Assembly (NCBI GenBank): GCA_038087875.1
Contig: CM075995.1
Coordinates: forward strand, 6,822,001-6,886,000
Length of the DNA: 64,000 nt
Direction: 5' to 3'
DNA from: Malacoraja senta
Taxonomy: Eukaryota
The translations under genes were made by a program, and so were the position numbers. The number at the start of each line of letters is the position of its first letter. Position 1 is the stretch's first letter. The notes under the pieces were generated by a model. The model was not told where the DNA came from, made no database searches, and saw only the letters and a program-made list of their open reading frames with translations. Positions 24,651-36,400 of this stretch are shown piece after piece.

Positions 24651-25742
24651 TTTTTTTTTACAGAAAACCAGTCCATCATACACAAATCAAAAGGTGATTT
24701 TGTTCATCTTACACATTAATAGAGTTATAATCATAGAGTGATACAGTGTGGAAACAGGCCCTTCAGCCCAACTTGTCCACGCCGACCAACAGGCCCCCAT
24801 CTATACTAGTCCCAACAGCCCGCGTTTGGCCCGTATCTCTCCAAACCTGTCCTATCTATGTACCTTCAGATTCAGTTTAGGTTATTGTCACGTGTACCAA
24901 GGTACAGTGGAACGCTTTTGTTGAGTGCTAACCAGTCAGCGGGAAGACAATACATGATCACAATCGAGCCATTCCAGTGTACCTGTCCAAATGTTTCTTA
25001 CAACGTTGCGATAGTCCCTGCCTCAACTGCCTCCTCCGGCGGCTCGCTCCACACACCCACCGCCCTTTGTGTGAAAAAGTTGCCCCTCAGGTTCCCGTAA
25101 ATTTTTCCCCCTCTCGCACGTTAATAAATTCATCAATAACCAATTGTCGGAACAGTGAGCTACTCACTGGTTATTCCTCAGGTGCTTGGTTGTCAGAGTA
25201 ACGCCTTTGTAATGCTTTCTAATGTGGGGTATAAACGGTTCCACATGTTACTTGGCCTAATGAAAATATCATGTGATCGAACATGGAACTGTCAATTGTT
25301 TCTTAATAAACAGTTTCAAAAAGGCGATGACAGGCTGTAGGCTTGCTTTATACATCAACGATTAAAGCAATAGAGGGTCCAATCATTTTGTGATATTTTC
25401 GCAGCTGATTTAAGGGCTGATTCTGTGATCATGTTACACTATTTACGAGCAAAGGCCGGGACAGCAAAATCTCAAGTCAAAAGGAACTGCAGATGTTGGT
25501 TTATACCAAAGATAGACGCAAAAGGCTGGAGTAACTCAGCGGGTCTGGCAGCATCTCTGGAGAAAATGGATAACTGACGTTTCAGGTCAGGACCCTTCTT
25601 CAGATTGAGTGTGGGTGGTGGCGGGGAGGGCTGTGGACGGCTCGAATGTGATCATGTATTGTCTTTCCGCCAACCGGTTGGCACGCAACAAAAGCGTTTC
25701 ACTGTATCTCGGTACACGTGACAATAAACTAAACTGAACTAA

Positions 25743-26072
25743 AAGCCCTGTCCCACGGTACGAGTTCATTCCAAGAGTTCTCCCGAGTTTGCCCTGATTC
25801 GAACTCGGAGATTTACGGTAATGGCCACTCGTCGGTACTCGGGGCTCTCGTGGACAGTTTTCAACATGTTGAAAAATCTTCACGAGTCTTCCCGTGCTTA
25901 CCTGCCGTTAGCGAGTCTTCCCGAGTACCTGCCGTTGGCGTTACGAGCCGCTAAGTGACGTCCCCGAGCTCCGACGTACCCGCTACGTTCATTCTCCGTG
26001 CTCACCACGAGTTTGATTTTCTTTAAACTCGGGAGAGCTCTTGGAATGAACTCGTACCGCGGGACAGGGCTT
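25743..26072. mobile_element. PIF/Harbinger-like MITE, family 1 (intact, 330 bp)
   Basis: TIR AAGCCCTGTCCC... / ...GGGACAGGGCTT; TAA TSD at 25740-25742 and 26073-26075; opposite orientation to the 2436 copy. Confidence 0.9.
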
Positions 26073-26849
26073 TAACTCGCAATGTCTGTGCCGACCGCTT
26101 TGGAAAGGGGAATAGATTGGGTAGACGCACAGAGTCTCTTGCCCAGAGTAGACGAATCGAGGACCAGAGGACATAGGTTTAAGGTGAAAGGGGGGAAAGA
26201 TTTAATGGAAACATGAGGGGTAACTTTTTTACACAAAGGGGTGCTGGGTGTATGGAACGAGCTGCCGGAGGAGGTAGTTGAGGCAGACTATGACAACGTT
26301 TAAGAAACATTTGGATAGGTACATGTGCAGTATAGGACAGGTTTAGAGGGATATGGGGAAGTGAGGAATGGGTGGCTGATTTTACACTCAATAAACTTGA
26401 GTCTTCCGGGAAAGTGGAGAGGGCCTGCGTGTGCTAGGTTATTCCTACATGGAACCTGCTGAAATCCCACTCACCCGTAAATCAAACATGTAAACATGCG
26501 AGATTACGTGCTAGCATAGAGTCATGGAGTGATACGGCGTGGAAACAGGCCCATTGGCCCAACTTGCCCACACTGACCAACATGTCCCATCTACACTAGT
26601 CCCACCTGCCTGTGCTTGGTCCATATCCCTCCAAACCTGTCCTGTCCATGTACCTGTCTAACTGTTTCTTAAACGTTGCGATAGTCCCTGCCTCAACTAC
26701 CTCGTCTGGCAGCTCGTTCCATTCACATAGCGCTTGGTTGAACTGTGCCCACCAACCTCCTACCCCCTCTGGAGTTCCCTTCAGCCAGACCTCGGATCGG
26801 ACAGTTTGATCTGAAGGGGCTCAAGAAATATGGGCAAATACGGAAATTA

Positions 26850-27155
26850 GGGCGGCACGGTGGCGCAGCGGTAGAGTTGCTGCCTCACAGCGCCAGAGAC
26901 CCAGGTTCAATCCTGACCACGGGTGCTGTCTGTACGGAGTTTGTACCGTGACCCATGTGGGTTTTCTCCAAGATCTTCCGTCTCCTCCCACACACCGAAG
27001 ACGTACAGGTTTGTCGGTTTATTGGCTTGGTGTGAAATGTGAAATTGTCCCTTGCGTGTGTAGTAGGGTAGTTGTTAATGTGTGGGGATCGCTGGTTGGC
27101 GTGGACTCAGTGGGCCGAAGGGCCTGTTTCCGCGCTGTAACTCTAAACTGAACCA
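26850..27155 (+). mobile_element. HE1-like SINE, full length
   Basis: gggcggcacggtggcgcagcggtagagttgctgcctcacagcgccagagacc... Confidence 0.87.
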
Positions 27156-27166
27156 AAGTAAATACT

Positions 27167-27777
27167 TGACAATAGACAATAGACAATAGGTGCAGGAGTA
27201 GGCCATTCGGCCCTTCGAGCCAGCACCGCCATTCAATGTGATCATGGCTGATCATCCCCAATCAGTACCCCGTTCCTGCCTTCTCCCCATATCCCCTGAC
27301 TCCGCTATCTTTAAGAGCCCTATCTAGCTCTCTCTTGAAAGTATCCAGAGAACCGGCCTCTGAGGCAGAGAATTCCACACACTCACAACTCTCTGTGAGA
27401 AAAAGTGTTTCCTCATTTCCGTTCTAAATGGCTTATCCCTTATTCTTAAACTGTGGCCCCTGGTTCTGGACTCCCCCAACATCGGGAATATGTTTCCTGC
27501 CTCTAGCGTGTCCAAACCGTTAACAATCGTATATGTTTCAATAAGATCCCCCTCATCCTTCTAAACTCCAAAGTGTACATTCTCTCAGCATATGACAGTC
27601 CCGCCATCCCGGGAATTAACCTTGTAAACCTACGCTGCACTCCCTCAATGGCAAGAATGTCCTTCCTCAAATTAGGGGACCAAAACTGCACACAATACTC
27701 CAGGTGTGGTCTCACTAGGGCTCTGAACAACTGCAGAAGGACCTCTTTGCTCCTATACTCGACTCCTCTTGTTATAA
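27167..27777 (-). mobile_element. CR1 3' fragment
   Basis: RALVRPHLEYCVQFWSPNLRKDIL...TRGHSLRIR and 3' UTR. Confidence 0.9.
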
Positions 27778-29194
27778 CTTTAAACGGACTGAGAGAAACA
27801 TGCTCGGCCGTTACTGTAGACGGTGACTGAATAGAAAGTTTATTGTAGGAAATTTGACCACTTTGAGAGGAAATCCAAAATATATATATATATATGTATG
27901 GATGTTTTCATTAACATGATATATGTGGATGTGAAGTTATTGGCAAGCGGAGAAAGTATTTAATTGGAAAAAAAGAGCCGTTTCAGATATTTTATAAGAC
28001 ATGTCTCGAGGAAAAGCTACCGTATCTAAACCTACTTTCTCTCCAATTCGAAATTTTTTCCATCCACACAGCAATAAATTTAAATCCATTGATCATAAGA
28101 TCATAAGTGATAGGAGTAGAATCTCCTAAATTTATCCCTTTTAAGGTCATAAGGTCATCTGATAGGTAGAATTAGGCCATTCGGCCCATCAAGTCTACTC
28201 TGCCATTCAATCAGGGTTGACCCATCTCTCCCTCCTAACCCCATTCTCCTGCCTTCCCCCCCCCCCCATAACCCCTGACACTCGCACTAATCAAGAATCG
28301 ATCTACCTCTACTAAAGGAAACTGTTGGTTTAACTTCAGTAGTACGTGAGGAGAGAGAGAGGGAGAGAGTCTGGCCGTTAATTTTTTTTCATCGTCGATA
28401 GCAGTGGCATTGTGTTTAAAAAGTTCCCTGAACTCAGTAAAATGTTCCACGATAGTTCACAGGGGTGGGGGGGGGGGGGGGGAGTTAGCAATAGACAATA
28501 GGTGCAGGAGTGGGCCATTCGAGCCAGCACCGCCATTCAATATGATCATGGCTGATCATCCCCAATCAGTACCTCTCGGCACAATGGTGAAGATTGTACA
28601 TTGTCCTTAGTGCGTGTAGGTTGCTGTTAGTGTCGTTTAGCCACACTCCTAAGACTTACAGGTTTGTAGGTTAATTGTCCTCTGTAAATTGCCCTTAGTG
28701 TGTAGTATGCAAAACTGGGAGAGCATAGAACGAGTGTATGGGTGATCGCTTGGTCGGTGCGGACTCGGTGGGCTGAAGGGCCTGCTTCCGTGCCGTACTC
28801 TTAACTAAACTAAACTACACTGTGCAATAATAATTTTGCAATTCCGATGTAGCAATCTGCATTACGTAAGCATGCTTGGCATGGCTTGGCGTGGCACAAG
28901 CATTGCGGTGCCACAAAGGAGCATTCAGGGTGACTACAAGCTTGGACCAAACTCTCGCAACAGTTGTCAGGAAGCTATTTAACATCCGTTAGTTTCTTTC
29001 AAATGCTTTGTGTGAATGCGCTGATATGCACGTTCATTTCAAGGCCTTGATTGTTCATTTGAACAACCACTCACCATGATGTTGCCAGGACTCAGTTCAG
29101 TTTCAGTTCAGTTTATTGTCACGTGTACCGAGGTACAGCGAAAAACTTTTTGTTACGTGCTAACCAGTCAGCAGAAAGACAATACGTGATTACA

Positions 29195-29770
29195 ATAGAC
29201 AATAGGTGCAGGAGTAGGCCATTTGGCCCTTCGAGCCAGCACCGCCATTCAATGTGATCATGGCTGATCATCCCCAATCAGTACCCTGTTCCTGCCTTCT
29301 CCCTATATCCCCTGACCGCTATTTTTAAGAGCCCTATCTAGCTCTCTCTTGAAAGCATCCAGAGAACCCGCCTCCACCGCCCTCTGAGGCAGAAAATTCC
29401 ACAGACTCACCGCTCTCTGTGAGAAAAAGTGTTTCCTCGTCTCCGTTCTAAATGTCTTACTCCTTATTCTTAAACTGTGGCCCCTGGTTCTGGACTCCCC
29501 CAACATCGGGAACATGTTTCCTGCCTCTAGCGTGTCCAAGCCCTTAACAATCATATATGTTTCAATGAGATACCCTCTCATCCTTCCAAACTCCAGAGTG
29601 TACAAGCCCAGCTGCTCCATTCTCTCAGCATATGACAGTCCCGCCATCCCGGGAATTAACCTTGTAAACCTACGCTGCACTCCCTCAATAGCAGGAATGT
29701 CCTTCCTCAAATTAGGGGACCAAAATTGCACACAATACTCCAGGTGTGGTCTCACTAGGACTTTGTACAA
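29195..29770 (-). mobile_element. CR1 3' fragment inserted in a Rex1 3' UTR
   Basis: ORF 29303-29887 carries the CR1 C-terminus; Rex1-type sequence lies on both sides. Confidence 0.88.
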
Positions 29771-29905
29771 TTGAGCCATTTGCATTGTACAGATACATAA
29801 GGGAATAACATTTAGTGCAAGGTAAAGCCAGCATAGTCCGGTTAAAAATAGTCCAAGGGTCATCGGATGTAGATAGTAGTTCAGCACTGCTCCCTGGTTG
29901 TGGTA

Positions 29906-30690
29906 GGACTCGAGGGCCTGAGCTATAGGGGGAGGTTGAGGCAGGCTAGAACTCTATTCCTTGGAGTGCTGGAGGAGGATGAGGGGTGATCTTATAGAGG
30001 TGTACAAATTCGCGAGAGGAATAGATCAGGTCTCTTGCCCAGAGTAAGGGAATCGGGAACCAGAGGACATAGTTTTAAGGTGTGGTGGGGAAAGCTTCAA
30101 TGGGAACCTGAGGGGTAACTTTTTCACACAAAGGGTGGTGCGTGTATGGAACGAGCTACCGGAGGAGGTAGTTGAGGCAGGCACTATCCCAATGTTTAAG
30201 AAACATTTAGACAGGTGCATGGATAGGACAGGTTTGGAGAGATATGGGTCAAACGCGGGCAGGTGGGACTAGTGTAGATAGGACATGTTGGCCGGTGTGG
30301 GCAAGTTGGGCCGAGGGGCCTGTTTCCACACTGTGTGGTTCTCTCTCTCCAAATTATCTTCTGCAATGATTCTCAACACTGGTGGCCTGTAAGGATGTGT
30401 TCTCAGCCTCCTCCTAAACCCTTTATACACCCCCTCTAGCCCTGGCAACTTCCTCGTAAATCTTCTCTGCACCCTTTCCCAGCTTGACAACATCTTTCCC
30501 ATAACATGGTGCCCAGAACTGAACACAATACTGCGGCCTCACCAACGTCTTATACAACTGCAACATGACCTCCCAACTTCTACGCTCAATACTCTGACTG
30601 ATGAAGGCAAATGTGCCAAAAGCCTTTCTGGTCACCCTATCTACCTGAGGTGTCACTTTCAACAAACTATGCACCTGCACTTCTAGATCC
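29906..30690. mobile_element. HER1-like CR1 fragments (29906-30335 plus, 30437-30690 minus)
   Basis: Tail gggccgaggggcctgtttccacactg is shared with the SINE tail; EVMLQLYKTLVRP motif. Confidence 0.8.
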
Positions 30691-30719
30691 TGTGATTTAT
30701 CACCATAAATTTAGTTTCC

Positions 30720-30995
30720 TTGAGAGATACAGCGCGGAAAGAGGCCCTTAATCCCACCGATCCGCGACAACCAGCAATCCCCGCGCACTAGCTCTATCCC
30801 ACACACACTAGGGACAATTTGTAATCTTTACCGAAGTCATTTACCACGTCTTTGGAGTGCGGGAGGAAACCGGAGCACCCGGAGAAAACCCACGCAGGTC
30901 ACGGGTGAGAACGTACAAACTCCGTGCAGACAGCACCCGTAGTCAGGATGGAACCCGGGTCTCTGGTGCTGTGAGGCAGCAACTCTACTGCTGTA
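30720..30995 (-). mobile_element. HE1-like SINE
   Basis: Matches other copies. Confidence 0.82.
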
Positions 30996-31122
30996 CTTAA
31001 CTGTAGATGCTGGTTAAATACACTGACAGGTGGGACTAGAGTAGATGGGGCATTTTGATTGGCACGGTCTTTGGGCCAAAGGGCTTGTTTCCATGCATAA
31101 GACTCTCAATGGGGCCTGACCA

Positions 31123-31160
31123 AAGTCTGAAGAAGGGTCTCGACCCCGAAACGTCACCCA
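31123..31160 (+). ncRNA. Minimal type I hammerhead ribozyme motif
   Basis: CTGAAGA at 31127-31133, AGGGTCTCGACCCC, GAAA at 31148-31151, CGTC (GUC cleavage triplet). Confidence 0.65.
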
Positions 31161-31696
31161 TTCCTTCTCTCTCTCTCTCGAGATGCTACTGGTCCCGCTG
31201 AGTTACTCCAGCATCTTGCGTCTATCTTCTGACCAAACTCCTATCGACTTGCAAATTGATCAATTTCAATGTGCATTTTCAGAACATGCATCAACAGACC
31301 ATTGCAACAAAAGATAGACACGGAATGCTGGAGTATCTCAGCGGGACAGGCAGCATCTCTGGAGAGAAGGAATCTGTGTTGTTTCAACTCGAGACCCTTC
31401 TTCAGACTTGACCCGAAACGTCACCCATTCCTTCTCTCCATAGATGCTGCCTATCCTGCTGAGTTACTCCAGCATTTTGTGTCTTTCTTCGGTTTAAACC
31501 AGCATCTGCAGTTCCTTCCTACACCTCCTGACCATTGTGACAAAGTACATCAGAGCCAATTATCCCCCCATGTGCATTCATTAGGTCATGTGACAGGTGC
31601 AGAATTAGGCCATTCGGCCCATCAAATCTACTCCGCACTTCAATCATGGCTGATCTATCTCTCCCTCCTAACCCCATTCTCCTGCCTTCTCCTTTA

Positions 31697-32008
31697 AGGG
31701 TGGCACAGTGGTTGGGTTGCTGCCTTACAGCGCCAGAGACCCGGGTTCGATCCCGACTACGGGCGCTGTCTGTACGGGGTTTGTACGCTCTCCCCGTGAT
31801 CTGCGTGGGGTTTCTCCGAGATCTTTGGTTTCCGCCCACACTCCAAAGACTTACAGGTTTGTAGGTTAATTGACTTGGTATAAATGTACAAATGTAAAAT
31901 TGTCCCGAGTGTGTGTAGGATAGTGTTATTGTGCGGGATCGCTGGTCGGCGCGGACTCGGTGAGCCAAAGGGCCTGATTCCGCACTGTATCTCTAAACTA
32001 ACTAAACT
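31697..32008 (+). mobile_element. HE1-like SINE nested in a CR1 3' fragment (31585-32310, minus)
   Basis: The CR1 sequence gccttctc|cccata is split by the SINE. Confidence 0.82.
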
Positions 32009-33289
32009 CCCCATACAGCCTGGCACCCGTACTAAGCAAGAATCTATCCGTCTCTGCCTTAAAAACATTCATTGACAGCCTCCACAGCTTTAAATCGTGA
32101 TGAATTCCACTGATTCACCACCCTCTGACTAAAGAAATTCATCCTCGTCTCCCTCCTAAAGGAACGTCCTTTAATTCCGAGGTTAAGACCTCTGGTCCTA
32201 GACTCTCCCACTAGTGGAAACATCCTCTCCACATCCACTCTATTCAGGCCCTTCACTATTTGATAAAGTTTCAATTAGGTTCCCCGTCATCCTACTAAAC
32301 TCCAGCAAGTAGAGTGCCAGCGCCGACAAGCACTTTCCATCTCCACCCACTGATCGACAAGGGAAGTTGGCAGCCCTTAGTGTTAATAAAACAGCTGCTG
32401 CTATATTTTTCCTTGGGCCCTGTCAGTGAAATATTTTTAATAACAGTACAGTACTTCATTTGATTCCAAACTCGCTCTGTGTCTTTCAAAGAAATAAACG
32501 GCAGCACTTACAGCGCCAGAGACCCGGGTTCGATCCCGACCACAGGTGCTGTCTGTACGGAGTTTGTACGTTCTACCCGTGACCTGCGTGGGTTTTCTCC
32601 GGGTGCTCCGGTTTCCTCCCACACTCCAATTTAGTCTTTGTTTTTCATTGCTTTTGTCTCAAGATGTTTCCTGGGGCATGTTCCTCTTTGCCTTTCTAAG
32701 TGCGTACGTGATTACAGGTTCAGGAACAGCTTCTTCCTTACAGCCATCAGCCTATTAAACACTGCAACCTCCAAATAAACTCTGAACTACATAAACTATT
32801 AATGTTATTATTGCACTTTTAATGTTTGTTTTATGTGTACATATGTGTGCGTGTGTGTATATAATATATACATATATCGTCTGTCACCAGTCTGACAGTC
32901 CCCGATTACATTTTATCTCTGTTTGCTTTGTTGTCAACTTTTCCTGGCTAACAATGATCAATTCTACATTTTCCTTGAACACCATCTCTTTTGATGTCTT
33001 GTTTTCACACCTTACCCTTCCTTATTTCTGTGTCTCCCTCTCCCCTGACTCTCAGTCTGAAGAAGGGTGTACATATATCTATATTACTAAAAGTAAGATC
33101 TTGACCGCTTTTGACTCACTGCGATGTGATTTCCGAGAGAACGCCGCCACTTACGGCCGTCACTTTTGGCCACCTCACTCAGAGCCCCCCTCCACCGGAC
33201 TGGACTGGAAGATTTTTCCCATCGATGAAAAATCAGAGAGATATTAATGTTTTAAAAAATGTCGCCATTCTCTCTGCTGCCCCTGCTGG

Positions 33290-33355
33290 TGGGAGGGGGA
33301 GGGACTATAAAACCCGGAAGTGGTGTGCCTCACTCAGTCTCTGCAAGATGGAGGA
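33290..33355 (+). promoter_or_regulatory. Putative Pol II core promoter 1 inside Helitron A
   Basis: GGGGGAGGG box, TATAAAA at 33306, ETS-like CCGGAAGT at 33314, Inr TCAGTC with its A at 33336 (30 bp from TATA), YY1-like CAAGATGG at 33344. Confidence 0.5.
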
Positions 33356-33444
33356 AGCGAGGTCACGTTTCTCTGAGCTCTGAATAACACTGAGCACATG
33401 TCTACTCAACTGTGAGTGCCCTTAATGTGGTTTGAAAATGAAAA

Positions 33445-36400
33445 TATGGTTGCTTTGAAATGCTGCACTGCAAAAAAAATGGATGTTGTTGGTGGTGGTA
33501 ACTGCTTTGAAAGACTGCACTGCAAAAAAAATGGCTGTTGTTGGTGGTGGTAACTGCTTTGAAAGGCTGCACTGCAAACAAAAAGGCTATTTTTGGTGGT
33601 GGTAAATGCTTTGAAAGGCTGCACTGCAAAAAATGGCTGTTGTTGGTTGTGGTAACTGCTTTGAAAGGCTGCACTGCAAAAAAATGGCTGTTGTTGGTGG
33701 TGGTAACTGCTTTTAAAAGACTGCACTGCAAAAAAAAATGGCTGTTGTTGGTGGTGGTAACTGCTTTGAAAGGCTGCACTGCAAAAAAAATGGCTGTTGT
33801 TGGTGGTGGTAACTGCTTTGAAGGGCTGCACTGCAAAAAAATGGCTGTTGTTGGTGGTGGTAACTGCTTTTAAATGGCTGCACTGGGGGAAAAAAGGCTG
33901 TTGTTGGTGGTGGTAACTGCTTTGAAAGGCTGCATTACAAAAAAAATGGCTGTTGTTGGTGGTGGTAACTGCTTTAAAAGGCTGCACTGCAAAAAAAATG
34001 GCTGTTGTTGGTGGTGGTAACTGCTTTGAAAGGCTGCACTACAACAACAAAAATGGCTGTTGTTGGTGGTGGTAACTGCTTTGAAAGACTGCACTGCAAA
34101 AAAAATGGCTGTTGTTGGTGGTGGTAACTGCTTTGAAAGGCTGCACTGCAAAAAAAAAGGCTGGTTTTGGTGGTGGTAAATGCTTTGAAAGGCTGCACTG
34201 CAAAAAATGGCTGTTCTTGGTTGTGGTAACTGCTTTGAAAGGCTGCACTGCAAAAAAAATGGCTGTTGTTGGAGATGGTAACTGCTTTTAAAAGGCTGCA
34301 CTGCCAAAAAAAATGGCTGTTGTTGGTGGTGGTAACTGCTTTGAAAGGCTGCACTGCAAAAAAAATGGCTGTTGTTGGTGGTGGTAACTGCTGTGAAAGG
34401 CTGCACTGCAAAAAAATGGCTGTTGTTCGTGGTGGTAACTGCTTTTAAATGGCTGCACTGGGGGAAAAAAGACTGTTGTTAGTGGTGGTAACTGCTTTGA
34501 AAGGCTACATTACAAAAAAAATGGCTGTTGTTGGTGGTGGTAACTGCTTTGAAAGGCTGCACTGCAAAAAAAATGGCTGTTGTTGGTGGTGGTAACTGCT
34601 TTGAAAGGCTGCACTGCAAAAAAATGGCTGTTGTTGGTGGTGGTAACTGCTTTTAAATGGCTGCACTGGGGGAAAAAAGGCTGTTGGTGGTAGTAACTGC
34701 TTTGAAAGGCTGCATTACAAAAAAAATGGCTGTTGTTGGTGGTGGTAACTGCTTTAAAAGGCTGCACTGCAAAAAAAATGGCTGTTGTTGGTGGTGGTAA
34801 CTGCTTTGAAAGACTGCACTGCAAAAAAAATGGCTGTTGTTGGTGGTGGTAACTGCTTTGAAAGGCTGCACTGCAAAAAAATGGCTGTTGTTGGTGGTGG
34901 TAACTGCTTTTAAAAGACTGCACTGCAAAAAAAATGGCTGTTGTTGGTGGTGGTAACTGCTTTGAAAGGCTGCACTGCAAAAAAAATGGCTGTTGTTGGT
35001 GGTGGTAACTGCTTTGAAAGGCTGCACTGCAAAAAAATAGCTGTTGGTGGTGGTAACTGCTTTTAAATGGCTGCACTGGGGGAAAAAAGGCTGTTGTTGG
35101 TGGTAGTAACTGCTTTGAAAGGCTGCATTACAAAAAAAATGGCTGTTGTTGGTGGTGGTAACTGCTTTAAAAGGCTGCACTGCAAAAAAAATGGCTGTTG
35201 TTGGTGGTGGTAACTGCTTTGAAAGGCTGCACTGCAACAAAAAAAATGGCTGTTGTTGGTGGTGGTAACTGCGTTGAAATGCTGCAGTCCCAAAAAATTG
35301 GCTGTTGTTGGTGGTGGTAACTGCTTTGAAAGGCTGCTGCACTGCAAAAAAAATGGCTGTTGTTGGTGGTGGTAACTGCTTTGAAAGGCTGCACTGCAAA
35401 AAGAAATGGCTGTTGTTGGTGGTAACTGCTTTGAAAGGCTGCACTGCAAAAAAAAAGGCTGTTGGTGGTGGTAACTGCTTTGAAAGGCTGCACTGCAAAA
35501 AAAAGGCTTTTGTTGGTGGTGGTAACTGCTTTGAAAGGCTGCTGCACTGCAAAAAAAATGGCTGCTGTTGGTGGTGGTAACTGCTTTGAAAGGCTGCACT
35601 GCAAAAAAAATGGCTGTTGTTGGTGCTGGTAACTGCTTTGAAAGGCTGCACTGCAAAAAAAATGGCTGTTTTTGGTGGTGGTAAATGCTTTGAAAGGCTG
35701 CACTGCAAAAAATGGCTGTTGTTGGTTGTGGTAACTGCTTTGAAAGGCTGCACTGCAAAAAGAAATGGCTGTTGTTGGTGGTAACTGCTTTGAAAGGCTG
35801 CATTGCAAAAAAAAAGGCTGTTGGTGGTGGTAACTGCTTTGAAAGGCTGCACTGCAAAAAAAAGGCTTTTGTTGGTGGTGGTAACTGCTTTGAAAGGCTG
35901 CTGCACTGCAAAAAAAATGGCTGCTGTTGGTGGTGGTAACTGCTTTGAAAGGCTGCACTGCAAAAAAAATGGCTGTTGTTGGTGGTGGTAACTGCTTTGA
36001 AAGGCTGCACTGCAAAAGAAATGGCTGTTTTTGGTGGTGGTAAATGCTTTGAAAGACTGCACTGCAAAAAATGGCTGTTGTTGGTTGTGGTAACTGCTTT
36101 GAAAGGCTGCACTGCAAAAAATGGCTGTTGTTGGTGGTGGTAACTGCTTTTAAAAGACTGCACTGCAAAAAAAAATGGCTGTTGTTGGTGGTGGTAACTG
36201 CTTTGAAAGGCTGCACTGCAAAAAAAATGGCTGTTGTTGGTGGTGGTAACTGCTTTGAAAGGCTGCACTGCAAAAAAATGGCTGTTGTTGGTGGTGGTAA
36301 CTGCTTTTAAATGGCTGCACTGGGGGAAAAAAGGCTGTTGTTGGTGGTAGTAACTGCTTTGAAAGGCTGCATTACAAAAAAAATGGCTGTTGTTGGTGGT

